64,000 bases of DNA from Candidatus Eiseniibacteriota bacterium. GTDB lineage: Bacteria; Eisenbacteria; RBG-16-71-46; SZUA-252. Shown in pieces: positions 9,678-18,899 of the stretch; position 1 is the first letter of the stretch, and the number at the start of each line of letters is the position of its first letter. Made by a program: the position numbers and the translations under genes. The notes beneath the pieces were generated by a model. That model was not told the origin of the DNA. It worked only from the letters and a program-made list of their open reading frames with translations, and did not search any database. The DNA lies in the NCBI GenBank assembly GCA_963703225.1, contig OY969801.1, positions 2,528,001 through 2,592,000 on the forward strand, given 5' to 3'.

Positions 9678-10765
9678 TTTCGGCCCGCCTGGAAGCGCTC
9701 GATCTGCTCTTTCAGGTACGCGCTCTTCGGGTCGATCGCGGCCGCCCGGGACTCCACCTCAATCGCCTTCGCCGGGTCGCCCGCCCGAAAGTGGACCTCG
9801 GCCAGGGTGTCGAGAATGTCGATGTTTCGAGGCTCCAGCTGCGCGGCACGCTCGGCCGCCTTGATGGCGTCGGCGAGATAGATGTCGTGGGTCGCGCAGG
9901 CCCAGGCGAGCCCGTTCAAGAGCGAGGCGTCCTTCTCCCCGCGCTGGAGCGCCCGTCTCATGCTCTCCCCCACGCGCTCCCGCTCCATCACCGCGAGATC
10001 GGGGCGTCCCGTCGCGTCGTACTCGGCCGCGTAGTTCAGGTGCGCGTTCGCGGCGTGGAATCCCTCGAAGATCTGCCAGACCCGCCGAAGCTCCTGGATC
10101 GGAGTCTTGTGGTCCTCGACCCGTAGGTCGACGTAGCGAACGTTGTACTCGGGATGCGAGACGCTGGGACGCACGACGAGGAGCGCAGCCGACTGCATGC
10201 CGCGCTTGTCGCCCCCCGCCGCCTGGGCCGCTTCCAGGGCGGCGATCAAGCGCTCCGCCATTTCTCCGCGCGACTCCCGATAGGCCTTCGCCATGTTCGC
10301 GACGACCGCGGGACCCGCGAGGATGTTTCCCTGGCATGTAAAGCCCGGCCCCGTCTCTCCTCCCGCCCAGTCGAGACAGCGCCGGCCCGTCCAGGTCGCC
10401 GCCCGGCCCTGGGCGTCGACGATGCCGACCTGACGCCCATCCCAACTCGTATCCGCCGCCGCGAGGGCGCGCATGACGTCCGCCGCCGGCATCCCGGTAC
10501 GGAGAAGCGCCAGCGCCTCGGGCCCCAGCGAGACGTTCACGTTCGCCTGCGTCGCGACCGCGCCGGCACCCGCCTCCGCCCAGGGGACCGCAGTCCCGAC
10601 CGAGAAATACTTCGACTGAACCGCGACGCCCACCTCGTGCGTCACCGAATCGAAGGCCACGACGGAAAAAGTGCCCATCTTCACGTCGGCCGCCGCGGGG
10701 GAAGCCGTGGCGACGGCGAGAAGTAGTGCCAAGAGGGGCGCGGTCTGCGCGGAGCGGCGGATCAT
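9674..10765 (-). CDS. DUF1028 (Ntn-hydrolase fold) secreted protein with C-terminal TPR
   Basis: Signal peptide, GTFSVVAFD, GAVATQA, QGNILAG, AGGDKRGMQSAAL, DLRVEDH and a TPR tail. Tandem paralog of the downstream gene. Confidence 0.88.
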   Translation of the reverse strand: MIRRSAQTAPLLALLLAVATASPAAADVKMGTFSVVAFDSVTHEVGVAVQSKYFSVGTAVPWAEAGAGAVATQANVNVSLGPEALALLRTGMPAADVMRALAAADTSWDGRQVGIVDAQGRAATWTGRRCLDWAGGETGPGFTCQGNILAGPAVVANMAKAYRESRGEMAERLIAALEAAQAAGGDKRGMQSAALLVVRPSVSHPEYNVRYVDLRVEDHKTPIQELRRVWQIFEGFHAANAHLNYAAEYDATGRPDLAVMERERVGESMRRALQRGEKDASLLNGLAWACATHDIYLADAIKAAERAAQLEPRNIDILDTLAEVHFRAGDPAKAIEVESRAAAIDPKSAYLKEQIERFQAGRK

Positions 10766-10860
10766 CGGTCTACCCCTTGCGAGTGTGATTGGGCCAGGAC
10801 AAAGCGTAGCGTTTGAAGGTACCAAAAACCGCGGGCTAGGGGGTAGTGGGAGCCGGTGCC

Positions 10861-10896
10861 GCGACGGGGCCCGCGGAGCGCCCGCGGGCCCGTCGC
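10861..10896. terminator. GC-rich hairpin downstream of the hdeD-like gene (possible terminator; no U-tract)
   Basis: GCGACGG(G)GCCCGCGG-agcgc-CCGCGGGCCCGTCGC inverted repeat. Confidence 0.35.
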
Positions 10897-10915
10897 CAGC
10901 CGGCGAAACGTCTAC

Positions 10916-11488
10916 CTAGGCCTTCGCCACGAGGCGTTTGCCGAGGCCCCGGACCTTGAACGCCAGGAACACGAGTAGAAGACCGAAGACCACCGCGTAG
11001 GCCGCGATCAGCCAGAGCACGGCGAGTGCGCCCGCCCCCGGCCGAGAAATGAGCAATCCGCCAAAGATGACCGACGCCAGCCCGCCCAGGATGAGAAACC
11101 CCTCGCCCTGGATCTCCTTCCGCAGCCGAATCGCGACCGCGATCTGAAGGAGGCCCGTCCCGATGGCCCAGATCGCGATATAGAAGAGGAGGGCCAGCGC
11201 CGTGATGCCCGGCGCCACGAAGGTCAGGATGCCGATCCCAATCCCCACCAGACCCCCGAGCAGGAGGAGCCCCCAGTGCTCATGCTCCTTCCGGCCCGAG
11301 ATGGCCGTCCAGACGCCCAGGACGCCGTCCGCGAGCGAGAAGGCGCCGAAGAGGAGGACCAGGGCGGCAAGCGAGAGGCCCGGCTGTCGCCAGGTCAGGA
11401 TGCCGAAAGCAATCGCAACGAGGCCGCGCAGCAGGAGCATCCACCAACTGCGAGAGAGGATTCCGGCGAGCGTGTTCTTGAGCTCCAT
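10916..11488 (-). CDS. HdeD/DUF308 family membrane protein
   Basis: SWWMLLLRGLVAIAFGIL...PG, six hydrophobic helices, AIRLRKEI. AAGGAG RBS upstream of ATG 11488. Confidence 0.88.
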   Translation of the reverse strand: MELKNTLAGILSRSWWMLLLRGLVAIAFGILTWRQPGLSLAALVLLFGAFSLADGVLGVWTAISGRKEHEHWGLLLLGGLVGIGIGILTFVAPGITALALLFYIAIWAIGTGLLQIAVAIRLRKEIQGEGFLILGGLASVIFGGLLISRPGAGALAVLWLIAAYAVVFGLLLVFLAFKVRGLGKRLVAKA

Positions 11489-11592
11489 GCCCATCTCCTT
11501 TGCGGCCTCCATGGCCGCTGTAGGTGATCCCCGCGCGCCGCACCGCGCGAACGCGTGGCGTGCTCCGTCCCCCATCGTGACGGACGGATCTC

Positions 11593-12015
11593 CTAGTTTG
11601 CGGGCTTCTTCTCCTCCTCGACCTTTGTCTTTTGCAGGGCCAGCCAGCCTGCGAGCGTCTTCGCGTCCTCGGCCGGTCCGCGTAATGTCTTCTTATGCTT
11701 CTTGCCATCGATCAGCTCCTTCTTCAGGAGCCAGCCTTCGATCCAGTCCGCCTTTCGCTTGAGACCCTCGCCGGATAGGTCGGGGGGCTCCTTCTTCGTG
11801 GTGGTCGTTGTATCCTTCGCGGCGGCCTCGGCCTCCTCGCCTTCCGCCTTCTTTTTCTCGAGCTTCAGCGCCTTGATCGAATGGCAGGATTGACACTTGT
11901 ACTTAATGAAAAGCTTCTGCCCCGCGGGCACGCTCTCCTCGCCGGCGAACGCTTGGCCGGATGCGACAATGCAGAGCGCCACAAGAACCACAACGCACTC
12001 GAACAGCCGTCTCAT
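11593..12015 (-). CDS. Periplasmic monoheme c-type cytochrome (Lys-rich, no Met in mature chain)
   Basis: Sec signal (MRRLFECVVVLVALC...AFA), G..LF...CQSCH, PDLSG.G and W+..WL class I cytochrome c pattern. Confidence 0.85.
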   Translation of the reverse strand: MRRLFECVVVLVALCIVASGQAFAGEESVPAGQKLFIKYKCQSCHSIKALKLEKKKAEGEEAEAAAKDTTTTTKKEPPDLSGEGLKRKADWIEGWLLKKELIDGKKHKKTLRGPAEDAKTLAGWLALQKTKVEEEKKPAN

Positions 12016-12032
12016 CACAATCCCCCTTCCGT

Positions 12033-13775
12033 TCACCGGGTTGACCCGGTGGAACTTTTGGCTTCTCGCTCCCGATCGATCTGGCGAATCTTGAGCGCGA
12101 GTCCGATCAGCACCATGGCAATGAGCACGAGCGAGATCCAAAGCCCGCGCCGCCGGACGTCTATCTCCACCAGGGATTGCCGCCCTGCCAGCGAAGCGGC
12201 GTTCGCCACGGCGTCCCCTTCGGTGGCACGCTTGAGGATTCGCTCGTAGTTAAACGAATGGATCAGCGCACGGGCCTCGACCGCCGCCGAGATGCCCTTC
12301 CGCTTCAGCTCGAACTGAGGGAGGCTCACTTCCATTCCAGCTACTTCCGCCTTATTAAGCGTCGCCTCCGCCCCTCGTATCTTACGGTCAAGGGACTGAA
12401 GCGTCGCGAAAATCTTTTCTGTCGCCACGTCGCAGGAGTCCCCAACCTGGTGGCATTTCAGGCACACCGAACCAGGATGCGGGCTCACGGCCGCCCCCGG
12501 GAGATCACGCACGCGAAGCCCCCGGATAGGCCGTCCCCCCCTGCTCATGAGACTCAGGCGATAGCCGAGGGCGTCGCCCGACTCGATGGGGAGACCCGAA
12601 AGCGGTTCCACCGAGAGGACTGCGGCCAGTCCCGAGGCATTCCCTAGCCGGACCATGGGAGGCTCTGCAACGGCTCCCGGCCGGACGGTCGCGTCGAGCG
12701 TCACCGGAGCGATTCCCTCCGCCGATATCTCGACGGAATGCGAGTAGCGCGGATCCTCCGCTGGAAGGTGCGGCGCGAGTACGTTTCGCCACTGGACTGT
12801 CGCGGAATCGCCCTGCGCGAGGTCCCCAATTTCGACGCTGAGCGGGGCTGCGCGGGAAAGGCTCCCCCGCGAGGTCGAGGGCGCCGAATGCCCGTCGAAG
12901 AGGTCGGGCGTTGGGTGGCGCACTCCGTGGTTCCCGTGGCAGGTGATGCATTCCGGCATCTTGAGCCGCGCGAAAATCGCGGGCTTGATGGATTGCGAGT
13001 AAAGCTCGGCTTCACGCCCATGGCACTGCCCGCAGACGTGCGCTACGGACCGTGCCTCCGGAGGGGCTGCACCATGGTTTCCATGGCAATCGTTGCACGC
13101 CGGGGCCGCAAGATCCTTATTCTCGAGGAGCGCCGTCGCGTGGACGCTCTGCCGGTATTCAGCGTACTGATTGGTCGGGATCTTATACGGCGCCATGACT
13201 GTGGAGTCGGCGTGGCAATCGGCGCAGAGCTTGGGAACGTTCGTGGCATAGGTCCGCGCCTCGGGAGAGGAGACCGAGCGAATCCCGTGGGCGCCGTGGC
13301 AGTCGATGCACGTGGCGGGCACGGGGTCGCCCTTTGCGTTTCGCTGGCCGTGGACGCTGGTGCGGTATTCGATGAGCTGATCGACGCGGGCCTTTGGATT
13401 GAAGCGCTTCATGTAGGCGGGGTCCGAATGACAGCGCGCGCAGAATCCCGGAACAGCGAGCCGATCCGGCGCCGGACGAAAGCCGCGTGCCGGGTCCATG
13501 GCCGCGTCGGCAGCCTCGTCTTCGTCCTCGATGTTCAAGCGAGCCGGATTCCCGCCATGACAGTCCTGACAGCCGAGGCCGGCTGCCGAGTGGATGTCCT
13601 TTTTCCAGAGCGCGACCGGCTTGCTGAGATTCGCTTCGTCTTGGTTGCGGTGGCAGACGACGCAGGAGCTTGAGTCCGATTGGGCGCCGGCTCCACCGGC
13701 GGGCGGAGCGGACTCCGAAGGGGCCGCTAGGGCGATCGACCCAAGGAAGAACACGGCTGCCGCGACGAGTTTCAT
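12033..13775 (-). CDS. Membrane-anchored nonaheme c-type cytochrome
   Basis: Signal peptide, nine CxxCH motifs (CVVCH, CQDCH, CARCH, CIDCH, CADCH, CNDCH, CGQCH, CITCH, CLKCH), helical stalk and C-terminal TM helix ([18 protein letters not shown]). ATG overlaps the cytochrome b stop. Confidence 0.9.
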   Translation of the reverse strand: MKLVAAAVFFLGSIALAAPSESAPPAGGAGAQSDSSSCVVCHRNQDEANLSKPVALWKKDIHSAAGLGCQDCHGGNPARLNIEDEDEAADAAMDPARGFRPAPDRLAVPGFCARCHSDPAYMKRFNPKARVDQLIEYRTSVHGQRNAKGDPVPATCIDCHGAHGIRSVSSPEARTYATNVPKLCADCHADSTVMAPYKIPTNQYAEYRQSVHATALLENKDLAAPACNDCHGNHGAAPPEARSVAHVCGQCHGREAELYSQSIKPAIFARLKMPECITCHGNHGVRHPTPDLFDGHSAPSTSRGSLSRAAPLSVEIGDLAQGDSATVQWRNVLAPHLPAEDPRYSHSVEISAEGIAPVTLDATVRPGAVAEPPMVRLGNASGLAAVLSVEPLSGLPIESGDALGYRLSLMSRGGRPIRGLRVRDLPGAAVSPHPGSVCLKCHQVGDSCDVATEKIFATLQSLDRKIRGAEATLNKAEVAGMEVSLPQFELKRKGISAAVEARALIHSFNYERILKRATEGDAVANAASLAGRQSLVEIDVRRRGLWISLVLIAMVLIGLALKIRQIDREREAKSSTGSTR

Positions 13776-14938
13776 CCGGGGCCCTCGGCTCGGACGACGG
13801 CTGAGCGGCCCGCAATCCAGCCGGCGGCGGCGATTACAATCGCCACACCGACCGGCCACCACGCGTGGTAACCCAGCGCCGTGAAGCCCACCAGGAAACC
13901 GAGCCCAAGGGCGCCGGCCACCGTGACGAGGGGGCTTCGTCCGTCGCGCATGATGCGTCGGTCCAAGAACGGCAGGAGGAACGCCAGCACCCCGACGGCG
14001 CCAAAGGCGAGGACGAGATAGGCCTCATATTCGAGCCCGAGGAACGCCCCCCCCGGCACGAGCCGAAGTGCCTGAAACATCGCCATGAAATACCACTCCG
14101 GACGGATGTTTGGAGGAGCGGGCGCGAAGGGGTCGGCCTTTTCCCCAAGCTCCCATGGAAACAGGGCCGCGAGCGCGGCGAGCACTCCCAACGCGAGCGT
14201 CCAGCCGAACAGATCTCGAAGCATGAAGTCGGGCATGAATCGCATCCGCCGCGTGGCCGTTCCCCGACGCTCCTCGGAGGGAGGGATGCTCATCCCGTGA
14301 CGCTGGACGAGCACCAGATGAAGAACCAATAGGAAGGTCGTGACGGCCGGCAGGATCGCGACGTGCCAACCATAGAATCTCGATAGCGTGGCCCCGGTGA
14401 CGTGATCCCCGCCGCGAAGGAACCGCAGGAGAAAGCCTCCGATCAAAGGCACGGTACCCGCGATGCCGGTGCCGACGCGCGTCGCGAAGTACGCCAGCTT
14501 GTTCCAAGGAAGCAGATATCCCGAGAATCCGAACGTGAGCGTCAAAACAAGGAGAACGAACCCGCTCATCCAGGTCAGCTCACGAGGGGACCGATACGCT
14601 TTCAGCAGGAGCACGGAGAAGAAGTGGATGAGCGCGGTGGCGACCATGAGATTCGCCGACCAGGAGTGGATCGAGCGGATCAGCCAGCCGAAGGAGACCT
14701 GCGTCATGATGAACTGGATCGATTCGTGGGCCTCCTGCGCGGACGGACGGTAGTAGAGCATAAGGAGGATCCCCGTCCCGACCTGTATGGCAAAGAAGAA
14801 GAGCGTCATCCCCCCGAGGTAGTACCAGGGGGTGTGCCGGTGGACGGGAACGGTCTTCGATTCTAAGACGTGATCGAGGCCGGAGAGTCCGATTCGGTCG
14901 CGAAGCCACTCGAGGATGCGAGAAGGAGCGCCGGCCAC
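13772..14938 (-). CDS. Cytochrome b subunit of a Rieske/cytochrome b (bc-type) complex
   Basis: [51 protein letters not shown] and Qo-site motif PEWY. Confidence 0.93.
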   Translation of the reverse strand: MAGAPSRILEWLRDRIGLSGLDHVLESKTVPVHRHTPWYYLGGMTLFFFAIQVGTGILLMLYYRPSAQEAHESIQFIMTQVSFGWLIRSIHSWSANLMVATALIHFFSVLLLKAYRSPRELTWMSGFVLLVLTLTFGFSGYLLPWNKLAYFATRVGTGIAGTVPLIGGFLLRFLRGGDHVTGATLSRFYGWHVAILPAVTTFLLVLHLVLVQRHGMSIPPSEERRGTATRRMRFMPDFMLRDLFGWTLALGVLAALAALFPWELGEKADPFAPAPPNIRPEWYFMAMFQALRLVPGGAFLGLEYEAYLVLAFGAVGVLAFLLPFLDRRIMRDGRSPLVTVAGALGLGFLVGFTALGYHAWWPVGVAIVIAAAGWIAGRSAVVRAEGPG

Positions 14939-14948
14939 CGCTGTCTCT

Positions 14949-15383
14949 CTATGCCCGGCTCACGAAGATCTCGTCGCCGTCTACATGGACCGTGTATCGC
15001 GTCAGCGGGCGGGGGGGAGGGCCTGCGACGTTCCGGCCCTCCAGATCGTAGAAGCCATTGTGGCAGGCGCACCAGATGCGGTCGGAGGCCTTGTCCATCT
15101 GGACGGTGCACGAGAGGTGCGTGCAGGTGGCCGAGAAGGCCCGGTACTCTCCTTCTCCCGCTTGGACCAGAATCCCCGGCTCGGCGCCGAACGGGAAGAT
15201 CTTCCACCCGTCCTTGGTGAGCTCGGATACCTTCCCGGCCAAAACGCGCGAACTCGTGTCCTCGGCGATGCGGGGCGGGCTTAGAAACTTCCCGACGGGA
15301 TAGAACACCGCCGCGGCCAGGGCGCCAATCGACGCGCGGAAGAAGATTTCGAAGAATCCTCGCCGAGGGATCAGGTCTGGCAA
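14949..15383 (-). CDS. Rieske [2Fe-2S] subunit
   Basis: Tat-like PRRGFF anchor, CTHLSC and CACHNGFYD cluster motifs, GPPPRPL. Confidence 0.93.
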   Translation of the reverse strand: MPDLIPRRGFFEIFFRASIGALAAAVFYPVGKFLSPPRIAEDTSSRVLAGKVSELTKDGWKIFPFGAEPGILVQAGEGEYRAFSATCTHLSCTVQMDKASDRIWCACHNGFYDLEGRNVAGPPPRPLTRYTVHVDGDEIFVSRA

Positions 15384-15473
15384 TTTAAGCGCCCTGGAGG
15401 TGAGGTTTCCGTCAGCCGCGTGGCCTTACTCTCCCGGCCCGCCGGCCCGTGGCGGTCAGCGGCCGGGACAAGC

Positions 15474-17609
15474 TCAGAATCGGCGCTGAAATGCGAGCGC
15501 CACCATGTTGGCTCGGTAGTCAAGGACGCTATCGCCTAGGAAGATCGCCGTCGACGTAGTGGCCGTTGGTTGAAATAGGAGCGGGATGTCCTCAGTGGCG
15601 AAGTCATTGGCATTGAATTCCTCCCAACTCCAACGACCCATGACATCGGTGTTCTCCATCAGAGAATACCGGACTTCCACATCCACGCCTTCTCGCATGT
15701 AGACCGTTCCCGGCAGGTTTTGCGCCGGCGGCGTCAACTTATAGCTGGTCAATTCGTACGTACCGGGTGCTCTCTCGTAGTGGTACCCGACGGACAGGGC
15801 AACGCGATCCGGGATGGCGCGCCACGTGACGCCTCCTGTCGCGGTGATGATTTCGTCGTATAGCCGCGCCTCCCAGTTGAGCGTGTCCGCGAGGACGACC
15901 GTACCCGAATTGGATGTTCTGGATTTCTGGTCGCCGTAGAGCCAGGCCCACCCAAAGGACCCCGTCAAGTCAATCCGGTCGGTCGCACTCAGATCCGCGT
16001 CGATGCTCGCGGAGCGCCGCAGGTCGTCCGTCAGACCCATACCGCTCTCGTCGTAATCATTGCGGAGGTAGTTGTAAGTCAAGGTGACGGTTGCGCGATC
16101 GCCGTGGCTCCAGGCGAGTCCCGCGTCCACCAGGTCCTGCACCCGGCTCGCAACATCGTAGCGTCTCAACGTCGGTTGCTCCGTCAAGGTGCCGCTCGCG
16201 TCCTTGTAGTCGTCCAATTCGAACTCATTCACCTTACGGTCTCCATGGCGGAACCGAACGCTCGCCTCGAGCTCCGATCGCGGCCGAACCACGACCTTTC
16301 CTCCTAAGGCGTCTTCCTCATCCTCGGGCACCTCTCGGTATGTATGGTCGCGCTTGAGGTGCTCGAGGGTGCCATAGAGTCCTACCAGGGAGATCGGATT
16401 CCAGTCCAGATCCGCGCCGTAGACCGTCTGCTCGTTGCCGTAGGGGTGGGTGGTGACATCGGTTCCATTCCAGGCTCCGTCGTAGGGGACCTGCCCTGAA
16501 AGGGTCCACTGCGGCGTCTTGTTGTCATACTTGTTCTCAGAGAATCGTAGCGTGCCGCCCAGCTTCGCAATCGGGTGCGACGTGAGTCGGGCATCGATGG
16601 TCGTAAGGTTCGCCTTGGCGTAGGTCTGCGTTCCCGGAAGAGGGAACGTGTCGGGAGCGAGGACGGCCGAATTCACGGTGAACGGGAGCCATGGGTCGTT
16701 CTGGGTGGCCTGCCCGAACGCATACGAGCCGGTGAAGGCGGTCCGCCTGGGAAGCTGCAGGCCCACCTGCCCCGTCACGCGCCAGGACTGGTTATCGGGA
16801 TAGAGATCCATTTTCCCCTTGCCCGGCGTTCCGACGACGTCGGTGAGCGTCCTCGGATTATCCCAAATCAGCGTGCTGTGGTCGTTCTCGAACGCTGAGA
16901 AATTCGCGACCCCCTCGAGGCTCAGCCGATCGTGCGAGTAGGACACCCTCCCCTCGGCATCCGCCATCGTCTGCCGGATCGGCTCGATCGTCTCGATCGT
17001 ATTGTTGAATCCAAAGCTCCCACCATATCCCTTGTCTCCTGCGCGGTTCCGGCGCGTTCCTTTAAGCTCAACCTTCACTCCGTTCCCGGGCCGGCCTCTC
17101 ATCCTCGCGGACAGCACGTCCGTTCGAAAGCCGAGATTGAACTTATTCGCCTGGGCGAGGAAGTCGTTCATCGTCGAAACGTAGCCCCCCGAGTTATCCT
17201 GATTCGCTCTCTGGAGCGAGTCGGGGAGCAGCTGGGTCGCCGGATCGGTCGTTGCCGCATATCCCGTGCGCGTGATGAAGCTCAGGTTGTGCGGTGTCTG
17301 GATGTAATCGACATCGACGCGCCAGCGTGGCTGTAGGTAACGGAAGCCAATTGCCTCGTCGGATCGGATCAGATTGCGCCCCCAGATGGCGGCCCGCCCC
17401 TTCCCGAAAGTGTTGCGATAGAGGAACGACTCCACGAAGACGCCGCGCGCCGCTTCGTTGAATGCCTGATAGTGGGCTTCCGGTGCGCTTTGCTCCCACC
17501 CCTGCGTCCCAAATGTTACGTACCCATCCCCGAGCGCGGGCGTGCTCCACGCGAGCGCAAGCATCCCAGCGGCCGCGAGCAACTTCGAGAAACCCTGAAG
17601 CGTTCTCAT
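15474..17609 (-). CDS. mtrB: MtrB/PioB-family outer-membrane beta-barrel (decaheme-associated porin)
   Basis: 711 aa, signal peptide, alternating beta-strand pattern, family-like segments (S.FEND..TLIWDNP, PDNQ, LRRYDVA.R), C-terminal Phe. Directly downstream of the decaheme gene. Confidence 0.85.
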   Translation of the reverse strand: MRTLQGFSKLLAAAGMLALAWSTPALGDGYVTFGTQGWEQSAPEAHYQAFNEAARGVFVESFLYRNTFGKGRAAIWGRNLIRSDEAIGFRYLQPRWRVDVDYIQTPHNLSFITRTGYAATTDPATQLLPDSLQRANQDNSGGYVSTMNDFLAQANKFNLGFRTDVLSARMRGRPGNGVKVELKGTRRNRAGDKGYGGSFGFNNTIETIEPIRQTMADAEGRVSYSHDRLSLEGVANFSAFENDHSTLIWDNPRTLTDVVGTPGKGKMDLYPDNQSWRVTGQVGLQLPRRTAFTGSYAFGQATQNDPWLPFTVNSAVLAPDTFPLPGTQTYAKANLTTIDARLTSHPIAKLGGTLRFSENKYDNKTPQWTLSGQVPYDGAWNGTDVTTHPYGNEQTVYGADLDWNPISLVGLYGTLEHLKRDHTYREVPEDEEDALGGKVVVRPRSELEASVRFRHGDRKVNEFELDDYKDASGTLTEQPTLRRYDVASRVQDLVDAGLAWSHGDRATVTLTYNYLRNDYDESGMGLTDDLRRSASIDADLSATDRIDLTGSFGWAWLYGDQKSRTSNSGTVVLADTLNWEARLYDEIITATGGVTWRAIPDRVALSVGYHYERAPGTYELTSYKLTPPAQNLPGTVYMREGVDVEVRYSLMENTDVMGRWSWEEFNANDFATEDIPLLFQPTATTSTAIFLGDSVLDYRANMVALAFQRRF

Positions 17610-17621
17610 CGTCCGCCTCCG

Positions 17622-18581
17622 CTACCTCAGGAATGTCTTGCCTGAGGGATGATTGGACCCATGGATCTGCGTGTGGCAGTTCGTGCAGGAGCGGTTGAAA
17701 AGCCGGTTGCTGACTAGATCGGGACGGTCGTACAGCGTGCTCGGGTGGCGCGTCGCAATGTGGCAGCGCTGACAGAGGAATGGGCGCTTGGCCGCGAGTA
17801 CCTTGTCGTTGTTCGAGCCGTGCGGCATATGGCAGTTGACGCAATTCTCGCGCACCGGCGGGTGCTCCCAGAGCATCGGTCCCCGCTTGTCCATGTGGCA
17901 CGAAGTGCAAAGCTCATTGTTCGAGGTCGCCTTGATCATATGAGGCCCGGACGAGCCGTGCGGATTGTGGCAGCTCGTGCAGTCCATGGCCCCTTCCTGG
18001 ACAGGCATGTGGGCCGTGCGGCTGATCTCCGATCGCTTCTCCTGGTGGCATTTGAGGCAGATCAGGGTGGGCCTGGACTCTGCGAGAAGCGCCTTCCCCC
18101 CCGCGGACTTCGCATTGTGGATGCTGTGGCAGTTTTGGCAGGCCACGTCGTTCCGGGCGTGGGCGCTCTGTTCCCAGTAAAACTGAACCCCCGACTTGTG
18201 GCATCTCTGGCAGACGGCGGCCGCCTCATGCGGCTCCATCTTCCTAAAGACGTGGAGGGTCGCAAACTTTGGATCCTCCTCGTCCCCGTCCGCCTCGACG
18301 TGTAGCGACCCCGGCCCGTGGCAACTCTCGCAGCCAAGGACCGGCCCCGCAGGATCCCCGTCGACTTGTGCTTGGTAATGCGTGTTCAGCTGGAAGGGCT
18401 CCCAGATCTCGTCGTGGCACTTCTGGCACTTGTCGGCGCCGACATAGGTGGCGCCGGGTGCGCCGGGGGGCGGCTCTTCCGCACTGGAAACTGCGGGGAG
18501 GAGGAGAAGAAGAAGGGCTGGGAGCCACGCTGCCGCGGCGTTGATCAAGACATCCTTGGGCGAAGAAAGACGCTGATTCAC
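17622..18581 (-). CDS. mtrA: DmsE/MtrA/PioA-family decaheme c-type cytochrome
   Basis: Ten CxxCH motifs, YVGADKC, CESCHGPGSLH, CHNPHGS, KRGPMLWEHPPVRENC, CHTQIHGSNHPSG. GTG start at 18581 with GGAGG RBS and signal peptide. Confidence 0.93.
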   Translation of the reverse strand: MNQRLSSPKDVLINAAAAWLPALLLLLLPAVSSAEEPPPGAPGATYVGADKCQKCHDEIWEPFQLNTHYQAQVDGDPAGPVLGCESCHGPGSLHVEADGDEEDPKFATLHVFRKMEPHEAAAVCQRCHKSGVQFYWEQSAHARNDVACQNCHSIHNAKSAGGKALLAESRPTLICLKCHQEKRSEISRTAHMPVQEGAMDCTSCHNPHGSSGPHMIKATSNNELCTSCHMDKRGPMLWEHPPVRENCVNCHMPHGSNNDKVLAAKRPFLCQRCHIATRHPSTLYDRPDLVSNRLFNRSCTNCHTQIHGSNHPSGKTFLR

Positions 18582-18899
18582 GAGCGGCGCTCCTCCCTGG
18601 TTCGGGGGCTTTCGTCGATCATCCCAGCCCTCTGCTTGGAGAAGGTAGTCGACGACTCTAGCAGAATCTAGGCAACCGTGGTTCACCCCCAGGTACTACC
18701 TAAGTAGCACACGGACGCGCGCTGCTGGGACTTCGCACGCGCAACCCACCGGCCAAACTTTCATGATGGACAACGGTGGGAGCCCGGGTCTAGCCTCCTA
18801 CTTGTCGTCGCACCAGCCCCCGGCCCCCCGCGCGACGCGAGGGGCCGGCCTGTATTTTCGGGGAATATCCCCTGCCCGCCGGACGTAGGACCCGGTGCG

